From positions 1-40,864 of IMG/VR virus record IMGVR_UViG_3300043409_000588: a DNA stretch of 40,864 nucleotides. One strand, written 5' to 3'. Of this stretch, positions 19,608 to 28,699 are shown piece by piece. Within the stretch, counting starts at the first letter, position 1. Each line of letters opens with the position of its first letter. This DNA comes from a virus. Lineage: Duplodnaviria > Caudoviricetes. Below the pieces are notes generated by a model. It searched no databases, was not told the DNA's origin, and saw only the letters and a list, made by a program, of their open reading frames with translations. Both the position numbers and the translations under genes were made by a program.

Positions 19608-20435
19608 TTACTTAGCCCAGCCAGATTTTAGAGCAGAACCAGCCCCGCTCATAGCACCGCTAATCATCGCCGCATTATTAGAGGCAGTAGCAGTTCTAGC
19701 CTGTAGTTCAGCATTGTAGTTACTAGCGTAAATGTTCTGAGCCATCTGAGACTCTGGCTTAACATAGGATGGACCAAGGTTGGTGTTCATACCCATAGCA
19801 TTACCAGCAATGCCTGTAGGACTAAAGCCCTGCATAATGCCAGCCATCATCGGAGAGCCATACTGGGCATAAGCCTGTCCAGCCATATTGGTATCAGAAC
19901 CAAGCACAGCACCAGCAAAGGTTCTGGCTCTATCCTGTCTCTGTTGTCCCATCTGGTAACCGCCAAGAATTTCGGAAGCCAAGCCATAGTTGCCACCAGC
20001 CATACCACGCTGAGTAGCCCCAGCCCTAGCCATCTGTGTAGCCAATGTATTCATCTCTGGAGTAAGGCTGAACCCAGCATCAAGGTCTGAAAACGCCTGT
20101 GAGCGGAGTCTGTCTTGAATGCCAGCCCCGCCACCAAGACTTGCCTCGTATGCAGTTCTGCTACTTCTAGCAAGAGGCTCCATCGTGTTCTTGTTCATCG
20201 ACTCAGCATACTGCCCAGCCAACTTAGAAAACGGGTCCATCACCTGCCCATAGAAAGATAGAAGATTCTTGGACTGACCAAGCATCTGCTCCATCTGCAT
20301 TGCTTGCATCTGCGGAACAATCCTACGCTCCGCATCCATAATGATGGGAGCCATATCTACTTGAGCACGAATCGTATCAACCGATTCCTTGTAATAATCT
20401 CTAGGCGGTGGAGCCTGTACTTTTGTTGAACCCAT
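19608..20435 (-). CDS. Probable small ejection/pilot protein (275 aa)
   Basis: MGSTKVQAPPPRDY start; rich in Gly, Ala, Met and Gln; C-terminal AAMISGAMSGAGSAL. Typical of podophage DNA-transfer proteins. Confidence 0.7.
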   Translation of the reverse strand: MGSTKVQAPPPRDYYKESVDTIRAQVDMAPIIMDAERRIVPQMQAMQMEQMLGQSKNLLSFYGQVMDPFSKLAGQYAESMNKNTMEPLARSSRTAYEASLGGGAGIQDRLRSQAFSDLDAGFSLTPEMNTLATQMARAGATQRGMAGGNYGLASEILGGYQMGQQRQDRARTFAGAVLGSDTNMAGQAYAQYGSPMMAGIMQGFSPTGIAGNAMGMNTNLGPSYVKPESQMAQNIYASNYNAELQARTATASNNAAMISGAMSGAGSALKSGWAK

Positions 20436-20436
20436 A

Positions 20437-20871
20437 TTAGTTATTTGTTAAATTTATGATTAGTTCTTTTTTGAGTTTCTGCACAATATCTCCTCGTTGT
20501 GAAAAGATTTGGCTGTTCTCATCCCCTCTAATCTCTGGGAATCTACTGTCGATTTGACGGCAAATGTTAGCCCTAGCATCTTCATTGTCAACCAAAGCGT
20601 CCATAATGAAGTAGTCGTTGTCAATATATGTGTTTCCAGAACATCTGAATACATCTTCAAGAGTCGGAGTATCCACCCATCTGCCAATTGGGTAGATGAT
20701 TACGACTCCGTTGACCTCATCGTTTACCTTATTGATAAACATCCATTCCTTTTCCATCGCCCACTTCAGCCAGTCATCAAGATAGTCTAACTGAAAGACA
20801 GGGCGTTTGCCGTTGTCTTTGTTCTCGTAGACAAATCTACAAGTGCTCTGGAAGTCTTCTTCTGTCATCAA
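20437..20871 (-). CDS. Hypothetical protein, possibly GNAT-fold virion assembly factor
   Basis: Occupies the slot before the ejection genes where podophages often encode a GNAT-like protein. Beta-hairpin WMFINKVNDEVNGVVIIYP. Confidence 0.45.
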   Translation of the reverse strand: MMTEEDFQSTCRFVYENKDNGKRPVFQLDYLDDWLKWAMEKEWMFINKVNDEVNGVVIIYPIGRWVDTPTLEDVFRCSGNTYIDNDYFIMDALVDNEDARANICRQIDSRFPEIRGDENSQIFSQRGDIVQKLKKELIINLTNN

Positions 20872-22040
20872 GCAGTCTTGAACTTGCTTACGGTTTTATG
20901 AGAAGGACTGGTCGTGGTATTGCAGTTAAGTTCAGAGCCAGCGGTATTTACTCCAGCAAAATGACAGGCAACCGTTCTAATAGTGTGAGTGCCAGCAGGA
21001 AGAATAATGTTATAGATATACGGAGTAGTAGTGTATCTCGCAATTCCAATGCTAAATGTGTCTCCAACTGTAGTAGTTGTAGTAACATTGTTTACACTAG
21101 AAATTAATTGACAACCATAACCATAGTTGCCAGCCCCCGGAGCAATGTTATTATACAACGAAGAAACAAGATGTACTTCCCAAGTCTCTTCATCTGGAAC
21201 AACAAAATCTTCAGTATAAGTAACTTTACCAAAGTTCATCCAGTTATTAGACCAAGCCGCAAATCGATAAACGCTGTCCGTTCCAAGCAGAGTAACAGTA
21301 GTAAGAGGTGTAGTTACTTTAGAGTATAGACCAAAAATCGGAGTACCCTTGAACTGTACAGTACCTGTAAAATTACAGACACCCTTAGCAGTAAGGGCAG
21401 ACTCAGTAACAAGATTACCCATACATTGTGTAGCACCGTTAAACTTGTTGATTCCATCTGAATAAAAACCACCTGTAATAGAAAGGTTACTAGCAGAAAG
21501 AACACTAGGAGCCTTAACATACGAACAAGTTCCAGCCCCTTGAATAGACTTAGCAAACAGAACATAGTTAAGTTCATCTGGTGTAACAGAAGAGATTTCC
21601 CAAGTTCCATTGAAGTCAGTAGGACCAGCAGTAACCGTGATAACTTGACCAGCAACAAGACCGTGTCCAGCAGACACAATTTTTACGGTTGTAATTTCGC
21701 CAACAGTTGTAGGAGAAATCGTCTTAAGAGTAACAATAGTTCCAGCGTTAGGAGCAAGGGTGATATCCTTAAGAGCCTGTCCTGCTAGATTGAAAGAACA
21801 AGTAAGAGGGCTATTAAGGAAACCTGTAGCCGTAATCTTTCTAAGTTTAGTGGGTGGCGAAGTAGCAGACAAATCGTGAATCAAGAATGAGTCACCTACC
21901 GCTACTGTGTTTACGGTAAGGGCGGTCTGTCCAATGATTGCATCATCATCAAGACTAGCGTTGTTAATGTGATTGTTGAGTCTGTCACCAGTTACCTGTT
22001 GACCGTCAACAAATGTGTCCCCTCGTTTAATTTGTGCCAT
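20868..22040 (-). CDS. Tail fibre / receptor-binding-type structural protein (390 aa)
   Basis: N-terminal F.DGQQVTGDRLN anchor-like motif; Thr/Gly-rich beta content; GHGLVAGQVITV...FNGTWEI module common in phage structural proteins. Confidence 0.7.
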   Translation of the reverse strand: MAQIKRGDTFVDGQQVTGDRLNNHINNASLDDDAIIGQTALTVNTVAVGDSFLIHDLSATSPPTKLRKITATGFLNSPLTCSFNLAGQALKDITLAPNAGTIVTLKTISPTTVGEITTVKIVSAGHGLVAGQVITVTAGPTDFNGTWEISSVTPDELNYVLFAKSIQGAGTCSYVKAPSVLSASNLSITGGFYSDGINKFNGATQCMGNLVTESALTAKGVCNFTGTVQFKGTPIFGLYSKVTTPLTTVTLLGTDSVYRFAAWSNNWMNFGKVTYTEDFVVPDEETWEVHLVSSLYNNIAPGAGNYGYGCQLISSVNNVTTTTTVGDTFSIGIARYTTTPYIYNIILPAGTHTIRTVACHFAGVNTAGSELNCNTTTSPSHKTVSKFKTA

Positions 22041-22043
22041 AAG

Positions 22044-23729
22044 TTATTTTTTGCTAATGTTGTTCTGAGTCCAGACAGTTGCGTACACAAAACTAGAGCG
22101 AATTGTGGGTCTGTCGTTATCAGATGTAAATTTTAATTGAATGCCAGAACCGTTTTTTCTGATAGGATTTCTACGCATAGAGTCCTCGCTAGTAGTGTAA
22201 CTATAACCTTCAATAGTAGTAAGTGAGTCTGGATTTGTAACTACAGCCTCAGTAGTGACACTACTTGAGCCTTCAGAGACCATTTCAACTTCAACTGTAC
22301 TAAACCTCTTTTGTCCAAGGCTTTCGAAGTTATAGCGTCTTGTCTGAAGAACTCCTGTAATTTTATTCTTAGGGAAAGAACTTTCATCAAGCAAGGCACT
22401 CAGTCCATTGCCACAGGCAAATGGAAGAATAGGCGTACCTTGATTAGGGTCTCCAATAGCCCAGTCTTGATACTCATCGTAATTCAATTCATCCATCAAA
22501 AAGATGCCTTGATTTGTATCTACAATAAACACTCTTTTTTCGTTGTTACGCTTACATACGATAAAGTTAAACACATCAAACCCAGCAGGGTAAGTGTCAA
22601 CGGACTCCCATCCTTTTAGGATAAAGTTGTAAACAAGAACGCAGTTGTTTGTTTCAGATGTACCAATTGGTACGGCAAGGTAGTATCTGTTGTTAAAGTA
22701 AATGGCAACAGACCTGTATGCGGTAGTCTTATTGATAGTCTGAATGACATCGTTAATCTGTGCAGATAGAGGTTCAGCAACAGTCAGAAGCCTAACAGAG
22801 TCATTAGACGAGTTGTTCTGAGGCTGTAGGAAATACACGCCATTGTCGGACAAGAACAGGATGCCACCATTGGCTTGGACTACAGTTCTCTTTGCAAGAC
22901 AACCTGTGTCAGTAACAAGAGACTTGATAAAAGATGTGGTAGAAAGACCATCACCAGTAGAGTATCTGCCAAGACCAATGTTTACATAAAAGATGCTGTT
23001 TCTAAGGAAGACAAGAAACTCATTAAGAGTCCAAGGGGTCATTGCTACTACTTCATCATTACCACCTTGGTTAAAAAGAAATTCATCAACCGCATCCCAA
23101 CTCAAGTGTTCCAGATAGTTAGCAACACATACGGCATAGTTAGACCTTCCTTCGCTTAGATAATGCTGACCTGTGGCAATTAGTCTGTTGGCGTAATAGA
23201 GAAGTCCGTTACAGTTAGGGAACTGGTAGCCTTCTGGCTGTGTTGCTGGAGCAACAATAAGAGGGTCATATGTACCAAACGGAGTAATGGAATTAGCCAA
23301 GTCCCAAATCAAAGGTCTCTTGTTATGACCTCTTGTAATAAAGACCTTCTCCATCGCATAACAGATTTCACAACCATCACTTGTAGTAATAGTTTCTCCA
23401 GCAAAAGAAATTGGACCAGTAACGCCAGATGTCTGTGGATTGTATGTCCAAAGTTCATTAGTAAAAACACCGCCAATCACAGAACCTGTAATTAGGACAA
23501 TTACTTCCTGTGCTGTGTTGTCCAGATAAGAACCACAGCCATACACGGTCTTGCCAATGATATCGCCAAGGGTAAGACGCTTAATGCCTTTGCGAACTGT
23601 CGCTACACCTCTGTCTAGACGAAAGTTTTGGGACTGAGTAACAGTACCCTGCTGAAGATGGGATGGGTTGTCTCGGCTGTTTAAGCCAGTAAAGCCCATA
23701 TCCCCATCTTTCTTATACTCAATGGGCAT
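22044..23729 (-). CDS. Tail nozzle / stabilization protein (tubular protein B or P22 gp10-like)
   Basis: FTGLNSRDNP start, beta-propeller-like strands, GCLAKRTVV..GILFLSDNGVY and YFNNRYYLAVP motifs; size and synteny fit. Confidence 0.8.
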   Translation of the reverse strand: MPIEYKKDGDMGFTGLNSRDNPSHLQQGTVTQSQNFRLDRGVATVRKGIKRLTLGDIIGKTVYGCGSYLDNTAQEVIVLITGSVIGGVFTNELWTYNPQTSGVTGPISFAGETITTSDGCEICYAMEKVFITRGHNKRPLIWDLANSITPFGTYDPLIVAPATQPEGYQFPNCNGLLYYANRLIATGQHYLSEGRSNYAVCVANYLEHLSWDAVDEFLFNQGGNDEVVAMTPWTLNEFLVFLRNSIFYVNIGLGRYSTGDGLSTTSFIKSLVTDTGCLAKRTVVQANGGILFLSDNGVYFLQPQNNSSNDSVRLLTVAEPLSAQINDVIQTINKTTAYRSVAIYFNNRYYLAVPIGTSETNNCVLVYNFILKGWESVDTYPAGFDVFNFIVCKRNNEKRVFIVDTNQGIFLMDELNYDEYQDWAIGDPNQGTPILPFACGNGLSALLDESSFPKNKITGVLQTRRYNFESLGQKRFSTVEVEMVSEGSSSVTTEAVVTNPDSLTTIEGYSYTTSEDSMRRNPIRKNGSGIQLKFTSDNDRPTIRSSFVYATVWTQNNISKK

Positions 23730-23866
23730 TAGTCCCCCTTCTTCAAGGCGTTAAGAAGTGCCTTACCTTTGCTGATGGTCTTGGAGTCAGCGTTCTTAAC
23801 GCCAATCCAAATGCCAGCAATAAGGAATACTGTGTGAGTAATTAGAAGTATGATTATGGAGGTCAT
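23729..23866 (-). CDS. Small single-pass membrane protein (45 aa)
   Basis: MTSIIILLITHTVFLIAGIWIGVKNADSKTISKGKALLNALKKGD. Fills the gap exactly, with a TAATG overlap to the next gene. Confidence 0.75.
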   Translation of the reverse strand: MTSIIILLITHTVFLIAGIWIGVKNADSKTISKGKALLNALKKGD

Positions 23867-23869
23867 AGA

Positions 23870-24886
23870 TTAAGGAATTTGAACCCAATTACCGTTTTGG
23901 CGAACATACATATAACCATCATTAGGAGCATCGCCAATACCCTGCTGGTCGTAAGATGACAGAGGTTCCCAAGCATTGTTGATGCGAATGTAGGGAACGC
24001 TGTCGTTGCTTGCATCGGAGAAACTGCCACCATCATTTCCGCTACTTCCCTGTGGTCCTGTATCGCCCTGTGGTCCTGTATCGCCCTTATTGGCTATAAG
24101 TTGCCAAGAGCCTGTGTAAGAAGGAGGAGGGTATCCAGCACCACCAATGTAATTATACATCACATAACTTGAACCTTCAAATGTGACAAAATCTCCAACA
24201 GAATAAGTGTAACCGTTATCGTAAGCACCATTATAAACCCAAGCAGTTGCATTGGCTCCAGCAGGTCCAGTAGGTCCAGTAGGTCCAACAATACCTTGAG
24301 ATGCTGTAATCTGTACCGTGCCGTCAGAAAACTTAATACCATTACCATCAACTTTTAGACACGCAGTAGCATCTGGAGCAACGCCAATGCCAACCTTACC
24401 AAACTGGTCTACCACAAATTTGGTAGAGTCTGGAGTTGCGGAATCTTCAACTTCAATGGCATTACCAATACCTGCCTGTGTAATGCGAAGACCTGCAACA
24501 GTTGATGTGCAAGAAATAATTTGATTGTTTGAGAAAGTGTTTCCTGTGTTTGTGTTAGCAACAGTCTTTAGAGTCCCAACTGAGTCTTTAAAGTTAAGGT
24601 TAGTTCCAATGTAGATATCACCTGCTACACCAACAGTTGGGATTACCCCAATCCCAATATTTAGACTTGAACCGCCAGCCGTAGGAGGGGCAAGATTAAT
24701 TTTTCCAGTAAATGTAGCACCAGCCAAATTAGCCTTACCATCAAGGTCGTTAAGAACAACAAACCTGTTTACCGATGTAGCAGACGGTGCGGAACTAATG
24801 GCATCCAGAGAAGGTTGCGAAATTTCCGTTCCGACTTCTACAACATTTGTAGGAATCTGAGTACCAACTGAGGCAGAGATTCCCAT
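23870..24886 (-). CDS. Collagen-repeat fibre protein with carbohydrate-binding-like module and two foldon-like motifs
   Basis: GPTGPTGPAG and GDTGPQGDTGPQG repeats; GAYDNGYTYSVGDFVTFEGSSY module; DAPNDGYMYVRQNGNWVQI resembles the T4 fibritin foldon. Confidence 0.8.
   Translation of the reverse strand: MGISASVGTQIPTNVVEVGTEISQPSLDAISSAPSATSVNRFVVLNDLDGKANLAGATFTGKINLAPPTAGGSSLNIGIGVIPTVGVAGDIYIGTNLNFKDSVGTLKTVANTNTGNTFSNNQIISCTSTVAGLRITQAGIGNAIEVEDSATPDSTKFVVDQFGKVGIGVAPDATACLKVDGNGIKFSDGTVQITASQGIVGPTGPTGPAGANATAWVYNGAYDNGYTYSVGDFVTFEGSSYVMYNYIGGAGYPPPSYTGSWQLIANKGDTGPQGDTGPQGSSGNDGGSFSDASNDSVPYIRINNAWEPLSSYDQQGIGDAPNDGYMYVRQNGNWVQIP
24048..24087. repeat. 18-bp tandem repeat encoding collagen GDTGPQ
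   Basis: CCCTGTGGTCCTGTATCG twice plus a partial copy. Confidence 0.9.
24263..24287. repeat. 9-bp tandem repeat encoding collagen GPT
   Basis: AGGTCCAGT twice plus AGGTCCA. Confidence 0.85.
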
Positions 24887-25200
24887 TAGACTTGTGCGTA
24901 AGCGAGGTGAACGACAGTACTAGCAACAGACGAACTGCATCTGACAGTACCGTTGTAGTTATCGATGTTAATGTTACTAAGCGGAGGAACAAGAATTCCA
25001 ACAGCACCAACACTATCAAAAATGACAGTCACATTGGCGGTGGCAGACTTGTTCTGAATAAACACCATTGTTCTTCTAGTGGGAAGAGCAGGAGGGGTAA
25101 GGATTTCTACAACCGTGTTAGGCGTAGCGGACATAGTGATGTCCGAATGAACCATCTTTCTTACGGATGGGGAGGAGAAGTTAATATAGGAGGAGGACAT
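24886..25200 (-). CDS. Small beta-rich structural protein (104 aa)
   Basis: Coupled to both neighbours by 1-nt overlaps; RRTMVFIQNKS motif; lies in the structural module. Confidence 0.6.
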   Translation of the reverse strand: MSSSYINFSSPSVRKMVHSDITMSATPNTVVEILTPPALPTRRTMVFIQNKSATANVTVIFDSVGAVGILVPPLSNINIDNYNGTVRCSSSVASTVVHLAYAQV

Positions 25201-25973
25201 TAAGCGTATGGATTAGTAAAGTTGATTTTTCGTGTTTGATTTTGCTGTCTGCAATATTTGTCTACTTCAATGGCAATCATCATTTCAGCCTTCTGTTCAA
25301 GACCAGCACCTTCTTGAATCTTGCCTTCAGAGATTAGGAAATTAGCCGCCATACCCCAAGCCATATAGTTGCCAAAGATGTAGGGAATTGAAATCTTTGT
25401 CCATTGGGTAGGGTTATTGCTAGGGTTAGAGCCAGCGGTAGTAGAACTAACGGTACAGTAGTAGAAATCACCGCTGTGAGGCTTACCAGTTACAGGAACA
25501 TAAGTGCCAGTAGCGGAGCCAGAGTCAAAATAAATCTGTGCATTCTGGTAGTACACATCGGTGGCTTTCCAGATTGTGCCAGTAAGGGGAATAAACTTGG
25601 TTCTATAAGAATAGAAACCAGCCGTAAATAGACCGCTAGGAAGAATCACCCTTACGGATGTGCCTAGGTCATAAATCTCGTATTTAAGTTCAAGTGCTCT
25701 GGAGGTGATTTGTGGGTTCTTGTCAAATACACCAAGAACTTCACCAGCCGTAGCCATCGGAGCAAAGTAAGTTACTCCAGCCGTGTCAGTAAGGGCAGTA
25801 AATGTAGTCAGTCTGATTAGGTCTGGGAACTCCTGTGACTCCCAAACTTCACGCATACGAGCCGAAGCAAAGTCTCTAAACTGTGCAAAGGTCTCGTCAT
25901 TAATATTGTGTCTGTCGTTACCGCTATACTGCAACGACTCAAATAAGATTTGGGAAAATTCTGTGGTACGCAT
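25200..25973 (-). CDS. Head-tail adaptor / tubular protein A-like
   Basis: Helical N-terminus, beta middle, C-terminal IPYIFGNYMAWG.AA.FL..EG helix pair typical of adaptors; synteny fits. Confidence 0.7.
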   Translation of the reverse strand: MRTTEFSQILFESLQYSGNDRHNINDETFAQFRDFASARMREVWESQEFPDLIRLTTFTALTDTAGVTYFAPMATAGEVLGVFDKNPQITSRALELKYEIYDLGTSVRVILPSGLFTAGFYSYRTKFIPLTGTIWKATDVYYQNAQIYFDSGSATGTYVPVTGKPHSGDFYYCTVSSTTAGSNPSNNPTQWTKISIPYIFGNYMAWGMAANFLISEGKIQEGAGLEQKAEMMIAIEVDKYCRQQNQTRKINFTNPYA

Positions 25974-26338
25974 TAGGTAATGAATCCGTCAGCACCGAAT
26001 ACTGTGCCTTGGACTACTGTCTTTTTAACATAATTCCGCACCGCACATTCTGGGTTATCCCGAAGGAACTCCCGCATAAATTGTTTATCCTTCCAGCAAT
26101 CGTAGCCAAGTCTATGACCCCAATAGTGAAAAGCATCATCTGGAATGTTGGCAACCTTACGCCCGAAACCTTCAATATTGTTGGCTTCGTGCGTATGGTT
26201 GAAATGAGCCATCTTAGTGGCGTTAGCCTTGGCAACAGCCTCATTCATTCTCCAACCGTGGATGAGTTCCCGCTCCAAATCCTTATGGAGATGGGCGGGA
26301 ATCACATCGACAAGTGACTGAACGATATCTTCAGCCAC
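25973..26338 (-). CDS. Conserved-type hypothetical protein after the capsid gene
   Basis: GTG start; GRKVANIP...W..KQFMREFLRDNPE pattern. Confidence 0.7.
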   Translation of the reverse strand: MAEDIVQSLVDVIPAHLHKDLERELIHGWRMNEAVAKANATKMAHFNHTHEANNIEGFGRKVANIPDDAFHYWGHRLGYDCWKDKQFMREFLRDNPECAVRNYVKKTVVQGTVFGADGFIT

Positions 26339-26345
26339 GAATTAG

Positions 26346-27377
26346 TTACGAGGTGAAGTCGAACTTAGCGAGACCGAGGGGATTCTTGACGATGCAAGTA
26401 GCCACGGCTTCGACAAGTCGAGCAGGACCACCACCATTGTCAGTCAGTTCCTTGACCTGTGCGATGTTGCCACCATAACCAACGCCAACCAAGTCCATAT
26501 TCAGCAGGTAACCGCAGAAGTTGTTCTTAAGGAAGAGAGAGGTGTGGAGACGAATCGAGCCAAAGTCACCTTCGAAGACATCGATACCAGACTTGTACAC
26601 GCTGGCTTCAGAGTCTCTGTTAAGAGTTCTGATGACCGAAGCGGTGTTAGCCGTACCATTCTGTCTGGTCGTGTAGGTGAGGTTCGTGAAGGCTTGCTTC
26701 AACTTGTAGCCAACGAGACCGTCAAAGGACTGCGAGCGACCAGTCTGTTCAAAGACCGAAGCCAGCATATTCTGACAGACCGTTTCATCAAGGAGGGCAG
26801 TACCAACCGTGGAGATGCTGGCGGTAGGAGTGCGGAACGGAGCAGGGACAGCCAGATAGGTGTCACCTGTGAAGTCGTTCTTAATCCAGCCATCGAGACC
26901 ACGAGTAGCATAACCCTGCGAAACGCCATCGTCAGCCTTGGGAAGATTGCCAGAGCAAAGAGTCTTCTCCATAGTACGCTTGATGGTTTCGGTAGCCTTA
27001 CCAACATTGTTGGCGAGTTCCGACTTAACACCAGCGATGACAGCGATATCAGTTGTCAGAGGAGACACACGAGTTGCCTGTCTGAAAATCTGAATGTGGT
27101 TGGAGAGTTCGTAGCGGTACTGAGTAGCACCGTCTTTAACGAAGTTCTTGATGGAAGCACCATTCGGGTCAACATCCGTACCGTCAACGATACCAGCCTG
27201 TTCGGAGGTAACGGTGGGGAGGGAGTCAGCCTGCCATCTGAACAGCGTGTTGCCAGGTTTAGCAACCTTCGGAGCCATAGAGGTGAACGGAGTGGACTTC
27301 GCATCGATGAGCGAGATGATGTCAGCGAGGGCTTCCCGCTTACCGCTGACGATATTTCTTTCTGTGAGACTTGCCAT
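26346..27377 (-). CDS. Major capsid protein, SU10/DUF5309 type
   Basis: GKREALADIISLID..TPFTS, FRWQADSL, NHIQIFR and D.FEGDFG motifs; strongly biased codons; follows the scaffold gene. Confidence 0.9.
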   Translation of the reverse strand: MASLTERNIVSGKREALADIISLIDAKSTPFTSMAPKVAKPGNTLFRWQADSLPTVTSEQAGIVDGTDVDPNGASIKNFVKDGATQYRYELSNHIQIFRQATRVSPLTTDIAVIAGVKSELANNVGKATETIKRTMEKTLCSGNLPKADDGVSQGYATRGLDGWIKNDFTGDTYLAVPAPFRTPTASISTVGTALLDETVCQNMLASVFEQTGRSQSFDGLVGYKLKQAFTNLTYTTRQNGTANTASVIRTLNRDSEASVYKSGIDVFEGDFGSIRLHTSLFLKNNFCGYLLNMDLVGVGYGGNIAQVKELTDNGGGPARLVEAVATCIVKNPLGLAKFDFTS

Positions 27378-27394
27378 AGTAGTAGTTTTTTAGG

Positions 27395-28363
27395 TTACAG
27401 GAACTTGTTCATAATAATATCTGTAAGGTCTTCAGTTCTGCCAGACTTGGCGAACTTGGCGTATGCATTTTGACTGCGAACTTCCTGCTTTTGAACAGTC
27501 GGTGCTACACCACTAGAACGAGGCTGAACAGGTGCTTTTGAAATGGTAGTTTGACGGCTACCGTTTTCTCTGGCTCGGACTCCACGAATGTAGTCCCCAA
27601 TAACCATCTTGTAATCGGGAAATCTCTTGATTTGGGGAAACGACCTAAGAAACGATTCTGCAATCTGCTTTTCCTTGGACGAATTATCCTTCCACCACGA
27701 GTACTCCTTATTAGCAATGGCTTCGACTTGGTCTCTAGTCTGAATGTACTTGTAACGCTCTGGAAGTCCTTCTTCAAGGGCTTTCGTTGCATTAACTTTA
27801 ATCTGCCTTAACTTGGCAGAGTCAAAGTACTCTTCATTCCCATCTTTGTCTGTAACGGTGATTCCATCAGCATTTTCATCTGCCCAATTTCTGACCGACC
27901 TTGCTTGGGCAATCTCTGCCTCAATTTCAGCAATCGTATCAATATTGGAAAAAGGAATACTTCTGTCTTCATATACAGGCTTGGATGCCGTGGTCTTGGC
28001 GTTTTCGAGTTCTGCCTTCAACTGAGTGATGGTTGCTTCCGCTTCCATTCTCTTAGCCGTCAACTTATCGATACGCTTCTGTACACCACGAGATACCTCC
28101 TCTTGCTCTCCCTCGGACTTTGAATGAACCTCTTCGCCATCAGTATCTGTGTTAGTGTCCATTTCTGGCTCACTTTCAGTCTGCTGGACTTCTGGCTGAT
28201 TACTATCGGCTTCGCCTTCTTCCGTCTGTGGTGCGGATTCATCATCCCACAGAAGTTGGTTCAGTCTATCGTTTAGAACGCTAGAACTAGGAAAAGAATC
28301 TTCCTGTTGAGAATTTTCGGGGCTGGAGGTATTCTCGTTTCCAGTATTATTATCGGGGGTCAT
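27395..28363 (-). CDS. Capsid scaffolding protein
   Basis: Acidic disordered N-terminus, GVQKRIDKLTAKR coiled coil, C-terminal FAKSGRTEDL; directly upstream of the capsid gene. Confidence 0.8.
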   Translation of the reverse strand: MTPDNNTGNENTSSPENSQQEDSFPSSSVLNDRLNQLLWDDESAPQTEEGEADSNQPEVQQTESEPEMDTNTDTDGEEVHSKSEGEQEEVSRGVQKRIDKLTAKRMEAEATITQLKAELENAKTTASKPVYEDRSIPFSNIDTIAEIEAEIAQARSVRNWADENADGITVTDKDGNEEYFDSAKLRQIKVNATKALEEGLPERYKYIQTRDQVEAIANKEYSWWKDNSSKEKQIAESFLRSFPQIKRFPDYKMVIGDYIRGVRARENGSRQTTISKAPVQPRSSGVAPTVQKQEVRSQNAYAKFAKSGRTEDLTDIIMNKFL

Positions 28364-28430
28364 TAGAATAAGTCTAAAGTGCTTTTGTTTTAGGCAGGAT
28401 TTTTACAGACTTCCAGAAACTGTTGGACTC

Positions 28431-28460
28431 ACACTTGACACCTTTTTTACAAGTGTCAAG
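28431..28460. promoter_or_regulatory. Inverted repeat containing TTGACA on both strands, upstream of scaffold/capsid
   Basis: CTTGACAC-N11-GTGTCAAG in a 108-bp intergenic gap of an otherwise tightly packed module. No canonical -10. Confidence 0.45.
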
Positions 28461-28471
28461 CGATTGTAAAA

Positions 28472-28699
28472 TTATTCTTTCAGAGCCTTGGCTCGCTCTT
28501 CAAGGAGCAGGGTCTTGAAATCGGTCATTGCAGAGGCTCTACCGCATTGGTGAACACGAGTTTCACCAACTACATCCTGTTGCAACGCCCTGTTGGTTTC
28601 AGACTGAATGTTTAGGTCAACAATATACAAAATATGCTCCCAGAGCGGGTTAGGAGCAGTAAATGCAAATGTGCCGATATTATAATCAGTATCCTTCAT
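28472..28699 (-). CDS. Small hypothetical protein after the portal (75 aa)
   Basis: Overlaps the portal end; RVHQCGRASA helix pattern; usual podophage position. Confidence 0.7.
   Translation of the reverse strand: MKDTDYNIGTFAFTAPNPLWEHILYIVDLNIQSETNRALQQDVVGETRVHQCGRASAMTDFKTLLLEERAKALKE

Noticed and set aside
26339-26380. Programmed frameshift extending the major capsid protein
   Set aside because: No slippery heptamer near the stop, and the next gene has its own GTG start.
26544-27473. 309-aa antisense ORF over the capsid gene (and similar ones at 14381-15329, 15551-16357, 36062-36607)
   Set aside because: Antisense open frames are expected from codon bias in the sense gene; the products are not protein-like.
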